DNA from: Neocallimastix sp. 'constans'
Lineage: Eukaryota
Direction of reading: 5' to 3'
NCBI GenBank assembly: GCA_050613775.1
Contig: JBODTK010000119.1
Coordinates: 310,001 to 374,000, forward strand
Length of the DNA: 64,000 nt
Position numbers and translations under genes: made by a program. The notes under the pieces were generated by a model, which was given only the letters and a program-made list of their open reading frames with translations, was not told the origin of the DNA and ran no database searches. Of the stretch, positions 1-11,590 are shown in pieces. How positions within the stretch are numbered: the first letter of the stretch is position 1; every line of letters begins with the position of its first letter.

Positions 1-1253
1 ATCATGTCGGAATCAGCAATATCATTATCTCTTGTCATATTATAGATTCTCGTTAAGGTATCCTGAATAAACTCGATCATAATTGCACCGTTTTTAAACG
101 AACGAATATTATTGGCAATGTTCAATTTTTCTTTTAATTCTTTTTTAGCTTCATCGCCGGGAAGCCAGAAAATGTTCATTTCATCCCCATCAAAATCGGC
201 TTGGAAAACGCTAGCAATGAGTGGATTGATTTGAATGGTACGACAATTACATGGACAAGAACGAACTGCCAGTAACGAGGTAGCTTGCAATGTCGGTTGT
301 CGATTAATAATAACAAAATCATAAGGTTTATATCCAAATGGAATCAGTTGGTCAGTGAATTCCTTAGGAATTAAAACCGTATCCAGTGGAGTATCAATAT
401 TTGGTACGATGACACTCCGAAGACAAAAGTTTTGTCGTTTTGCCAAACACATACCTCTAAAGATTCCTGTTTTTCCTGATAACATTTGTTTAATATAGAT
501 TTTTTCTGAATCTTCTGCCGTATCGGTTTATACCATGAATTCCTAGAATTTTTCGAAATAAATTAAATGCTCTTAAGACATAGGTCGATTGCATAATGTA
601 AAAATTTTCATTTCGATACTGATAATTCAAATCTAACAATCTAATGTAGAGAGTGGTAAGATTATTATGAATAGTAATATTACTAGAATCTTTTATAGAT
701 GATCGTAAATTAATTGGTAATACTTGGATATTCTTTATAAATGCCTTTTTCATTTTCTTTTGCATCGATGTATCATCCGTAAAATCTGATAAACAAATCA
801 ACTCGTACAATTCATCAATAGTTAATTTTTGATTCCCAAAAGAAAATCCATATTCTGAATACGTTTTCTTATCATTCTTTTTCTAACTTCTTATTTTAAT
901 TTCCGAACTATTTGCTACGCTTTTCTTCTGAATGAAAACGAAGTATGAATTATTCGCTTTTTACAACAAACGGACTTTGTATTATTTAATTTTTTATATT
1001 TGTTACATACAGGGCAAATATGCGTAATTTCTTTGCATAGGGTACTTGCAAATAATGGATGTACAATTCTATATTAAATTGTTATTCTTCCTAAATGTCC
1101 TGGACATTCCATAATTTTCTTACATTGTTTACAAGGTAATTATGGTTCCAATGTATATGCAGTAGTATTATTCACTAATTCATGAATTTCGGATATTAAG
1201 ACAGAATTATTTTCCAAATCTTTATTGTCATATAATTCAAACTTAAGATGCAT
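1..1253 (-). pseudogene. DNA-directed RNA polymerase largest subunit (beta'/RPB1-type), compact and divergent, disrupted; runs off the left window edge
   Basis: Manual minus-strand translation from ATG at 1253 gives MHLKFELY...LEP*LPCKQCKKIMECPGHLGRITI*YRIVHPLF...ICPVC (clamp Zn motif), FIKNIQVLPINLRS...NNLTTLY (ORF 490..810), then LSGKTGIFRGMCLAKRQNFCLRSVIVPNIDTPLDTVLIP...VIINRQPTL...TIQINPLIASVFQADFDGDEMNIF (catalytic motif at 177-203) ...NIRSFKNG...FIQDTL. In-frame stops at 1140-1142, 1074-1076 and 883-885; frameshifts near 960 and 530; no introns seen. Confidence 0.93.
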
Positions 1254-1389
1254 TTTTTTTTATCTAATAAATCAATAATTTTTAATTTACTTTGCTTAAG
1301 ACAAAATATTAAAAGAAAATCATTTTATCATTTTACTTTTATTATTTCAAAAGGTATTATTTACAAATCTTGATCTATTTAAAGTTTTA

Positions 1390-1761
1390 AAATAATATAG
1401 AAGCACTCTTCTGGTATCTTAGATTCTCCGATTATATTGGCTTATTGTGATTACTCTATCTATTCTCTGTGGGATATTCCTTACACTCATAATGGACATT
1501 TCCACTTGAAATTCGATAACATGCACTTTATCATGCTTTCTGATGATGAATCGCTAGTTTTGGGTGAATGTGGTGATAATAGTACTATTACTATTCTATC
1601 GTGATGGTAATTTCATTAAATTACCAATTTATACGGACAAGTGTGTTGGTTTGGTAGATACTTACACTTTAGGTTTAACTGAATGTAATGAATTTGACAT
1701 TAATCAAATCTTCTACTTCAATCTCTGGATTGATGAACCTCTTGAACCTATTGATAACTAA
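1390..1761 (+). pseudogene. Ricin-B (beta-trefoil)-like domain fragment, frameshifted
   Basis: Joined frames read ...SPIILAYCDYSIYSLWDIP...LVLGECGDNS/FYRDGNFIKLPIYTDKCVGLVDTYTLGLTECNEFDINQIF. The Cys/Trp spacing resembles the ricin-like module at 2940-3340; no intact start. Confidence 0.5.
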
Positions 1762-2686
1762 AGCAAATCTAGTCAATAAATAAATTAAACTAACAATATA
1801 ATAAATAAAACAAAAAAAAATAGTAAAATAAAATAAAAATTATTATAAATAAACAAAAAAAATAGATAATAAAGAATTATAGTAAAATAAAAGGTAAAAT
1901 AAAAGTTTAGAATAAAGAAATATAATATTATCTAAGTATTAAATATAAAATATATTAAATATTATTATATTTTTTTAAAAGTTTATTCAACTACCTAATC
2001 GTAATACTCAAAGTGTTTCTCATTTTGAATATAATAAGAATATATATTTGTTTTTTATAATCATAATATTAATAATAATTATATGATAAAACTTTGAATT
2101 CTATCCATTCAAGCTTATACACAAATAGATAAATATGATAAAATTATATAAATGTTTTAACAGCATCTAATGAAACATAGATTTTTTTAAAATAAATAAA
2201 TTAAACATCATCATAAAAATAATTTGATTGATATATCAAATATAATATAATCATCAATAATCAATATTATATGGATTATTACAATAAGCCAAAGTATATT
2301 TTAAATTCTTCTATCTGTTGAATATACATATATTTTTAACTTTCTTAATTATTATTTTATATTAGTATATATATCAATTAACGTATTTAAATTATGATAT
2401 GGATTAATAAAATTTATATTTAATCCTATATCTTTGCTTTCCTATTATTAATTTTAATTTTAAATTATCCTTATATATTTGTTTTTGATATATCTATTTG
2501 AATTTATTATACATGTAAAATAAAACAAAAAATAATAAATAAAAACATTTAACTTTATTTAAAAATTATGATTAATATAATACGAATTAAACATTTATTT
2601 TATTATTATTAATTTTTTTTAATTTATTAATTTTATAATTAATAAATTTAATTTATATTAATTAAACTTAGTATATAATAATTTTA

Positions 2687-5600
2687 TCAAAAACTGTTAT
2701 GCGTAACCAAATATTTGTTGTTTTTAGTAAAGTGTATACAATTATTACTTGCTGAGTTGTACAAGTAATAAGTTTCAGTGTTGATAGTTGGAGTAAGTGT
2801 ATGGACAGTGGTTTCAGAGCCGAGTATACCACACCATTCATTATTTTCAATACCCCAATGACCAAACTCATCGGTAGTAACAACAGCAGCGTTTGAATCA
2901 GAGCAACATGGATAACCTAAAGCTTCAGAGAAGCAAACAGTGATTGGAGTTAGATTATGATCCCAGTTGAAGAACTTTTCATCATCATTTTTAGCACATG
3001 CATTTAAGTTTATTTTTATTTCATTGTTGTACATATCATTCACATCTAAGAAACCAATACATTTATAAGTTGAACCAATTAATTCGAAGAAACCATCATC
3101 AGTGTGTTCTAATTTGGCTTGCTCATCACATTTACCCAATTCAAGTGAGCCTGTATCAACATTAGAAACACGCAAACAATAATTAGGTTGAGCCATAGAA
3201 TAGAAGTAACCTTTACGAGAAGGTAATACTATCCACTTGGAATAATCAGTATCATCACAAGGTTTAACTGTAATTGAATTGTTTGGCTCTTATGGTGCAT
3301 ATAAACACTTGTTGGTAAAAGCATGATAGAACCAATAGACGGTATGACCACTCTTGATAGTAGGGGTGGCTTTACTACTAGTAGAAACTGTAGAACTTAC
3401 AGTTGTAGTAGTTGTATTAACAGTTGTGGTTGGTTCGCTGGATTTTGGAGTAGATGTCGAACCAGATATAAGACACCATTCATCATTTTCAACTCCCCAA
3501 GTACCTATTTCATCCGTGTATGGAACTTCAATTATTTCTGGAGAACAACATGGATAATCGTCTACTGGACAATCAGATGTTGAAGTATTATCTGGAGAAT
3601 TTTTTGGAAGATCATTGTTTCTGTCTGGATTATATGAATCAGTTTCTTTACGAGTAATAACACCACCATCTATATCTTGAATTTCCCATTGGAAAGACTG
3701 ATCATTTTTATCATAAGTTTCTTCGAAATTAAGTGTTTTGTTACTTAAACAATTATATTTCTGATTTCTATTATTCTTAAAGCATAGATAATTATCTTCT
3801 ACAAATTCAAAATGCATATAACGATCTTTAATATTCATAACATTTTCACAAACTTCTGAACCTGAGGTACATGCATTAGCTGCATATAAACATTTTCCAT
3901 TCTTATCAGATGTAATTCTCTTGTTGTTATATTCATCAACATTAGTAACATGCCATAAACTATGATTTGAAGTGGTACATTCTCATAAATCAATTAAGTT
4001 ACCATCACTGTTATTAACTAATATACATTATTTAGTTTTAACATTACGGATTCTGAAAAGAATTACTCTGTTCATTTCACCGATACCACATAATTCTCCA
4101 TCTTCTTGGCCCCATTTTCCATATGAATCTTCTTTGATTACCTTTGGATTAATAGATGAGCAACAATGATATCCTAAAACTTCAAATGAGCATCTTTCAT
4201 ATCCAATACCACGCCATTCTCCATTTTCTTTAGCCCAGTTAACCTATTTCATCAACTTTTTCAACTTTAACATATTGATTACGACAACATTTATATCCAG
4301 CTTTAAGATAGTTTGAGGAGCAAGTCAAGTGTTCATATCTGGATGATTATATAATTGTAGGACTACGTGAACAAATTTGTTTATTCCTGAAACTAAATTG
4401 ATGATTTGAATTATTATTACAATAATTCATGAATAATTTATTATTAGAATAAGTTAAACATTTGGCATCATAGGATGATATGATATTGTAAAAATTACCT
4501 TTGGATATTATACGCCATTTATTCTTTTTGTTGTTGACACATTTATAGTCATATTTAATCATTTCTTCTTCATGTCCTTGTTGGTTAATTATTATTCTAC
4601 GTTGTAAACATGCATTTTCTGTTGATGTAATATAATAATCGAAATCTGTATATGCAACAAAACCATCTATTTGAATAACATCGCTGGATTCGCTTCGTTT
4701 AGTTTTTGAAGATGTATTTAAGGTAGATTTACACTATCACGTATTTTACGTACTAAATCGTTAGTAGGGAAATCTAGAACAAACCAGTGATTATAAAGTA
4801 TTTTATTATTATCAAGATATTTTGATAAATTATTGTTCATTGCTTCTGCCTCAGCAGCTACTCCCATAAAATTAGCAGCTCCTTGTATATTCATAAAATC
4901 AATAGTGAGAACATCCGTGTTAGTTGAATCATAAAAAGAATTAGTTAAACTAGAATATGGTGAATATTTAGTATTTTGACTTACAATTGGGATTTCGTGG
5001 TTTAGGAATTCTTCAACAAGTTCCCATTTTCCTTGTCCTAAATTGTAATTATCTTGTACAAGTTTCTGCAGTATCAGATACATGAGGGCAGCATTCCTTT
5101 AAATAACTTTGATCCTTCACTGGATAGATAGTACAACTACCCAGCTACATGACCTATCAGCTTACTAATTATTTCATTTATTTCATTCTTAGTTTTATAA
5201 TACCATTTCTTATGTGCTAACAAAACTATCTTACCTCGAACATTTTTAAGTATAGGATATATTTCTTCACCAGTATAGAAAAATTATTTGTATTTTTTAT
5301 CATATTATGCTGCCTCTTTTAATACACTACTATTAGCTATTGCTTGGATCAAATCAGCTATAGTGTCGAACCCTCCGGGAATATTTACTTTTATAGCGTC
5401 ATCCTTTAAATGCGTAATAACAGTTTCTTTTTCGTAAAGATGTAAAAAATCAATAGCTTCATTAAATACATCGCTTAAATAATATTTCTTTCCTGTATTT
5501 CTATTCATACAATCCAGTAAGATATATCTCCTTTTTTTGATACTCGGAATTGTTGTTTGGTAGTGAGGTGTTAATGTTTATTGGAATTTCGATAAATGGG

Positions 5601-5815
5601 AACTTAATTTCTTTATCGGCTTTAAAACAGTATAAGCCTTTACATAAACTCGCCCGACAAAATTCGCATTCTTCAATGGAATTAGTAGTTGTTTTTACGT
5701 GGTAGCCAAATTCGTAAGGAAGATCATCTGATTCAACGTCATATACCTTAAAGTAACCTCACTGAAAATATAATGCAAAAAATATATATATTACTAAAAC
5801 AAAGCAAAGGGACAT
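2687..5815 (-). pseudogene. Secreted PI-PLC X-domain protein with ricin-B-like domains and three fungal dockerins (CBM10), fragmented
   Basis: Signal-peptide-like MSLCFVLVIYIFFALYF from ATG 5815. PI-PLC X motifs LSDVFNEAIDFL..EKETVITHLKD, YPILKNVRGKIV, VQDNYNL..KWELV, WFVLDFP. Dockerins CSFEVLGYHCC..GKWGQEDGELCGI (~4085-4195), YPCC..WGVENDEWCLI and [22 protein letters not shown] alternate with KCL..C..W ricin-like repeats. Multiple stops and frameshifts split it over the ORF-track pieces. Confidence 0.8.
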
Positions 5816-6685
5816 TGCAGTTACTTATAAAGTTTTATATATTTAAATTGTAATATGGTTATTATGTATTTGTTTAATGTTGTTCAAATATTTATATATA
5901 ATTTTATTGTATTTTTATTTATATATATTTATTTTTAATATAATATTACAAATCAATTTATTTATACTATAGTATTATATTCTGAGTTATATATAATTAT
6001 ATTTTAAATTTAATATCTATATTTATTTAATTTTAGTTTTTTGTATATTATTATATTATACAAGTTTATCTGTGCAAATAGACATAGTTGTAAAATATTT
6101 ATAGACACTGTATATTTAAATTTTTACGTAATAAAATATAAAATATCTACTTAACAAATTAATAAGTCAGTACATATTGAAATTAATAATATATTATTTA
6201 TATTATTTATTTTGTAAATATAAAATAGTAGAATATGTCATTTTTTATTTTAAAAAAAAAAAAAAAAAAAATTAAATTAATTTGATTTTTAGAATATGTC
6301 TAAAAAAAAATACTGTAATATATTATATTACTTAAATTACTTATAATTAATGTATATTTTAAATATAATTTAACAATTATTAGATATAATAAAATATATT
6401 GTACTATGAAATATATTATATTAAATAATATATATTAAATTATTTTTTATAATTTATTATAAATTAAATATTATAAATACTAATTTAATTTAATATTTTA
6501 CAGATTAGGTTAAAATATTTTAAAGTATAAATATAAATAAGAATTTTTCACAAAAAATTATATTAAATTTATATTTAATTAAATATTTTAATAATTTTCA
6601 ATTTTCCACATTTATATTGCTTATACAAGTAAAAAACTTATAACCTAACTAGGCGTGTTAGATTTGATATAATATAAAAAGAGTA

Positions 6686-7159
6686 ATGAATTTTGCTGTT
6701 GTAGCTCCATTAGGGATAAAAATTTGTACAATGAGTCCTGAATCTGTATTGTCTGAAACAAAAATATACGACTGGAACAAAATAGCGATTATGTCACCAT
6801 TAATGGAAGAGCTGGAGGCAAAGGATTCTTCAACGTATGCATTTAGTGATAAATCTAAAGCAAATTTCGCCCTTGTTGAGTTGAGTGCTATAAATGGAGG
6901 AACTATTTCTCAGTACTGCATGTATGATGCTTTAATAGATTTAGCCAGAAGAAGTACTAATGAAGTTCGACGAGCATATAATAGACAAGCTATATATTTC
7001 CTTATCCTTTCTGCTTGCAAAGGAGGATTTTGGAAAAGTGAAGAAGACCTGGAGTTCTATCTGCGCGAATCAGGAACTGGAATAACGAAGGAAGAAATAG
7101 ATGTTAACAAATGTGGACCCATTGTTGAGCAAATAGTCACATATCTCTCAGGTGCGTAA
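6686..7159 (+). CDS. Hypothetical 157-aa protein, intronless
   Basis: Clean ATG..TAA ORF, markedly more GC-rich than its flanks, ordinary globular composition; no motif recognised. Confidence 0.6.
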   Translation: MNFAVVAPLGIKICTMSPESVLSETKIYDWNKIAIMSPLMEELEAKDSSTYAFSDKSKANFALVELSAINGGTISQYCMYDALIDLARRSTNEVRRAYNRQAIYFLILSACKGGFWKSEEDLEFYLRESGTGITKEEIDVNKCGPIVEQIVTYLSGA

Positions 7160-7989
7160 TATTAAGCTACTGTGCCTGACATGTTGTGTCAATACCAATG
7201 ACTTGTAATACATTGAAAACTAATAAAAGATATATATATATATTTCATAAAGATAAATTATTTAAAGTTAATATCTAAGTCTTTTCAATATTAATACTGT
7301 TATATATTTTTATTTTTATTAATAAAGTGTTACTAGTACCTAATTATTCTGAATTAAGATATTACATTGTGGCTTGTTGTTCATTTTATATATAATATGA
7401 TTCAATGCATTATAAGCTTATTTTTCATATATATCATCTATTCTAACAAATTTTTATATGTATAAAAAAAATTTAATAAAAAATTTTTATTTATTTTTAG
7501 TTCATTATATTCAATTATTAAAATATATTATTTATATTTATAAAATTAATACTATATATTATGTATTGCATTATTAACACATAATTTATAAGTTATAATC
7601 TATATCAATTCTCTTTCTATATCAATTTTACTTATATTAATATTCTTTTTTTTTTTTAATATAAATAGTTGTAATATAATATATAATTATTTTATTGTAT
7701 ATATTAAATTAATTTTTTATATTAAAAGTTTATTATTTAAATTAAAAAAATGAATAGATAAATAAATATAGATGTATAATTTAAGTATAAACATTTTAAA
7801 TAACTGTGAAATTGATTGGTTAATTATAAAATTTTTTTATTGTAAATTTTACAAAGAAATTATTTGCTAAAAAAAATAAATTTAAGATTTTTGGACATGA
7901 AAATTATTTGTTAAAAATAACAAATTCAAAATTTTTGGACATGAAAATTACTTGCTAAAAAAAAAAATTTAAAATTTTTGGACATACAT

Positions 7990-8210
7990 ATAATAATAAA
8001 TAATAAATAATAAATAATAAATTATAAATAATAAATAATAAATAATAAATAATAAATAATAAATAATAAATAATAAATAATAAATAATAAATAATAAATA
8101 ATAAATAATAAATAATAAATAATAAATAATAAATAATAAATAATAAATAATAAATAATAAATAATAAATAATAAATAATAAATAATAAATAATAAATAAT
8201 AATAATAAAT
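7990..8210. repeat. Heptamer tandem repeat (AATAATA)n
   Basis: About 30 near-perfect copies read directly. Confidence 0.95.
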
Positions 8211-9862
8211 ATTTATTATCTAATAATATAATTACTATTTATTTTTATAAATATATGTTGTAATGAAATTTTATTATGAATATATTTTCTTTTTATAAAG
8301 AGAAGTAAAACAAATGTCATTATATGTAAAATCATAATTGATAGATAATAAATTGTAAACAATAATATAATAAAAATGCAACTACTACTAATACAACTAA
8401 TAATAATAAAAATAAAAATAAAACAGTTATTATACTGCTAATAATATAACTAATAACAATATAATAATTAATAATAAATAATAAAAGTTTTAATAATAAA
8501 AATAATAAAAATAGTGAAAAATCTATAAAATCAGTTAAGAAATAACATAAATAACATAAATGTATACAAATGTTGCTAATACATTAACCACATAAAAAAA
8601 AGTTTTATAGGTTATTAAAGTTTTAAAAGTTTTCTATTCTTGCCAATGATATAATTTATTTTAATAAATATAAATATATTATTCTCTTTATTGAAAACTT
8701 AAATATTGTTTAAACTATTAGTATATATTAAATTTTTGATAATAAATATTAATAATATTTTCTTTCCTTGTCTAAAATAAAAAAAAAATAAATATTAATA
8801 TATTATTTTATAATATATAAGCTAATAAATTAAAGTTTAAACAATATTAAAGGAAAAATGATGAAATTATTTTATTAATTTAATAAAAAATTATTCCCTT
8901 TTTTTTTCTTATAAAATATAAAATTATTATATAATAAAAAAAATGATATTATATAGTTTATATCTATTTGGAACCATTACTTCTTTTTTTTTTTTTTTTT
9001 AAATTAATACAAAAGGGATTTTTTTTTTTTTTTTTTTTAAATCTAATAATAAAATTAATTCATAAAGATATTCTTTATATATTTTAATAATTTATTTTTC
9101 TTTTCATTACATTCTATGTCTTATGTACCATATTTTTGAATATAATATTATAGATAATATCAATTTAACAAATTATTAAACCAGTTCTTGAATTAAATAA
9201 TAAATTTATTCATATATTTTATTTTGAAAATAAAAAAAAGTAGAATCAATTTTTTTTTTTATAATTTATATTTTTTTATTTATAAGTATGTATTTAAAAA
9301 AAAAAAAAGATAAAATGATTTGATTTTTATTACTATTTGAATAATCTAAAAATTCTTAAAATTTAAAAAATATAATATATATATTGTATACTATATAATA
9401 TATATTATGTAACTTTAATTATTTATAATTAAAATATATGCTTTATATTTATTATACAATATATTTTTTATATTTGTAATATATTATATCTAATAACTAA
9501 TATAAATTTGAATTTAATAATTATTTGATATAAAAAATATATTGTACTATAGAATAAATTGTATTAAATAATATATATACATGTAATTTTTGATTGAATA
9601 GGATATATTGTTTTTTTTATAAAATAATAAATTATATAAATAATATTTTTTTATAATTTATTATAATAAAAAATATATTTTAACCTAATCTATAAAATAT
9701 TAAATAAAGTATAAATACTTTAGTTTTTCACATAATTTTATACAATCATATTATATTTAATTAAATATTAAAAATTTCTATAATTATAAATAATTTTAAA
9801 TAGTTCGTAGTTTTTAAATGTTATAGTTATAATATTAAAAAAATAATTTTTTTAATTAAAAA

Positions 9863-11590
9863 ATGGATATTAATGAAGAAATTTTTACAAAATTATCATC
9901 ATACTATGAAGATCAAGGGGATTTTCAAATAATGTGTAGTTCTTGTTCTACTGTTATGGAAAAGAAAAAAGTAATAAGCCGAAGTAAGAATGAAAAATAT
10001 GTAGATAAGCTAAGGGATTTATTACGAGAGCTGAATAAATTTAAATTTGATAAAGTTAGAGAGAATTCAAAATCGAAGTATATAAAGCGAATTTTGTATA
10101 AGGATAATGAATCAAATGAAGGAAGAATCACAAAAATATTTAATTTAAGTAGACGACTTAGTAAGGATAGCAAATTATATGTAGCAATGACGACAATAGG
10201 AAATAAAAATGATAAAACAACTGAAGATATATTAAAAAAAATTAAAGAAGGAGGAGACATAAGCAAAAGTTTTGATTTGAAAAGAATATGTACATTAGGG
10301 GAAGAAACAAAGTTTAATATTACCTTAAATCTAAATAATAAGTTCCATAAGTATTTATATCATTTCATAATTGTGGAAGGAGATAATGTAATGATTGGGG
10401 ATTTATTTTCATTTATAAGTCAGAAACAAATGATAAAAAGAGATTTTTTACAAAAGAAGTATATGGAATATAAGGAAGGCAAGAAGAATGATGTTTATTA
10501 TTACTATAGAATTCTATACAATACTGAATTGAATGATTTTAATGATCAATTTGTCAGTTGTATAAATTTTTATTGTAGTAATGAAAAAAATAATGCATTT
10601 AAAGAAGTTAAATCTAAAAATATAAATAGAAATAATGAATTGGAAGAAGCTGAATATATAATTGGAAATGATGATTTATTGATGGGGGTTGATGAAATAT
10701 ATTCATCACCTGAAACTGAATACCAAAGTGAAAGTTGCGGTTCAATAATAGAAGATAAAATATTTTTATCTCCTGGAATGATAGATGATAGCTCAATACT
10801 GAAAGAAAGTAGTTCATATCAATATTTAAAAAATGCATATCCTTCACAGGATATCATGGAGGAAAAATATTTATCACCATTGTTACCAGAAGTTCAATAT
10901 GAATCATCAATGAAAGATGATTTATATTTATCCTCTATGTCATCGTTCGGTTATTCTCAGAATAACAATGATATCAACGTGAAAGGTCAAAATGAAAGTA
11001 TATTTGATGGTCCTATGTTTGTAGGTGAAATAAAGTGTAAATTGAATAAAGAGATATTGAATCTTGGAGGAATATATTTGGAGAATAATGAATATAATAT
11101 TAAATCTTATAATAATGATATAGTTGGTAAAATAGTGACTATTGATAGTACTGATTGTATAGTAACAACAAAAATAGTGACCTGTAATGGCAGTTGTTAT
11201 TTAATACCAACTAATATTGTCGGTAGAATTGTTTTAAATGGAAAAAAGGCATTTCTTTTGGACGTTAAAGATAATATAATTGGTGAATTTTATTCATCTA
11301 ATGATAATCTTAATCTCTATTTGAGTGATATGAACAATTTGTTGGTAGGCAATTTAATTGAAAATGTGAATGTACCTCTATATCTTGACAGCTTAAAAAA
11401 TGATAGTAATCTTTATTTAAGAAATATGAATTATATATTAGCGGAATATTTGGAGGATAATGTAAATGTACCAGTATCTTTAGTGGATTACATTAGTAAT
11501 CCTTACTTAAGAGAAACGAACAATTTATTTGAAAAACAATTAATGGCAAATATGAATGCAAATTTATATTTAGATAACATTAATAATTAG
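9863..11590 (+). CDS. Hypothetical 575-aa protein, intronless, with a Lys-rich N-terminal half and short C-terminal repeats
   Basis: 1.7-kb uninterrupted ORF in very AT-rich DNA; CxxC near the N-terminus; C-terminal NLYL..MN..L...L.xNVNVP repeated about three times. Confidence 0.75.
   Translation: MDINEEIFTKLSSYYEDQGDFQIMCSSCSTVMEKKKVISRSKNEKYVDKLRDLLRELNKFKFDKVRENSKSKYIKRILYKDNESNEGRITKIFNLSRRLSKDSKLYVAMTTIGNKNDKTTEDILKKIKEGGDISKSFDLKRICTLGEETKFNITLNLNNKFHKYLYHFIIVEGDNVMIGDLFSFISQKQMIKRDFLQKKYMEYKEGKKNDVYYYYRILYNTELNDFNDQFVSCINFYCSNEKNNAFKEVKSKNINRNNELEEAEYIIGNDDLLMGVDEIYSSPETEYQSESCGSIIEDKIFLSPGMIDDSSILKESSSYQYLKNAYPSQDIMEEKYLSPLLPEVQYESSMKDDLYLSSMSSFGYSQNNNDINVKGQNESIFDGPMFVGEIKCKLNKEILNLGGIYLENNEYNIKSYNNDIVGKIVTIDSTDCIVTTKIVTCNGSCYLIPTNIVGRIVLNGKKAFLLDVKDNIIGEFYSSNDNLNLYLSDMNNLLVGNLIENVNVPLYLDSLKNDSNLYLRNMNYILAEYLEDNVNVPVSLVDYISNPYLRETNNLFEKQLMANMNANLYLDNINN

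Noticed and set aside
490..810. Stand-alone 106-aa protein
   Set aside because: It is an internal frame fragment of the RNAP pseudogene.
1..1253. Functional host RPB1/RPA1/RPC1
   Set aside because: Stops, frameshifts, QADFDGD variant and strong compaction are incompatible with an essential host subunit.
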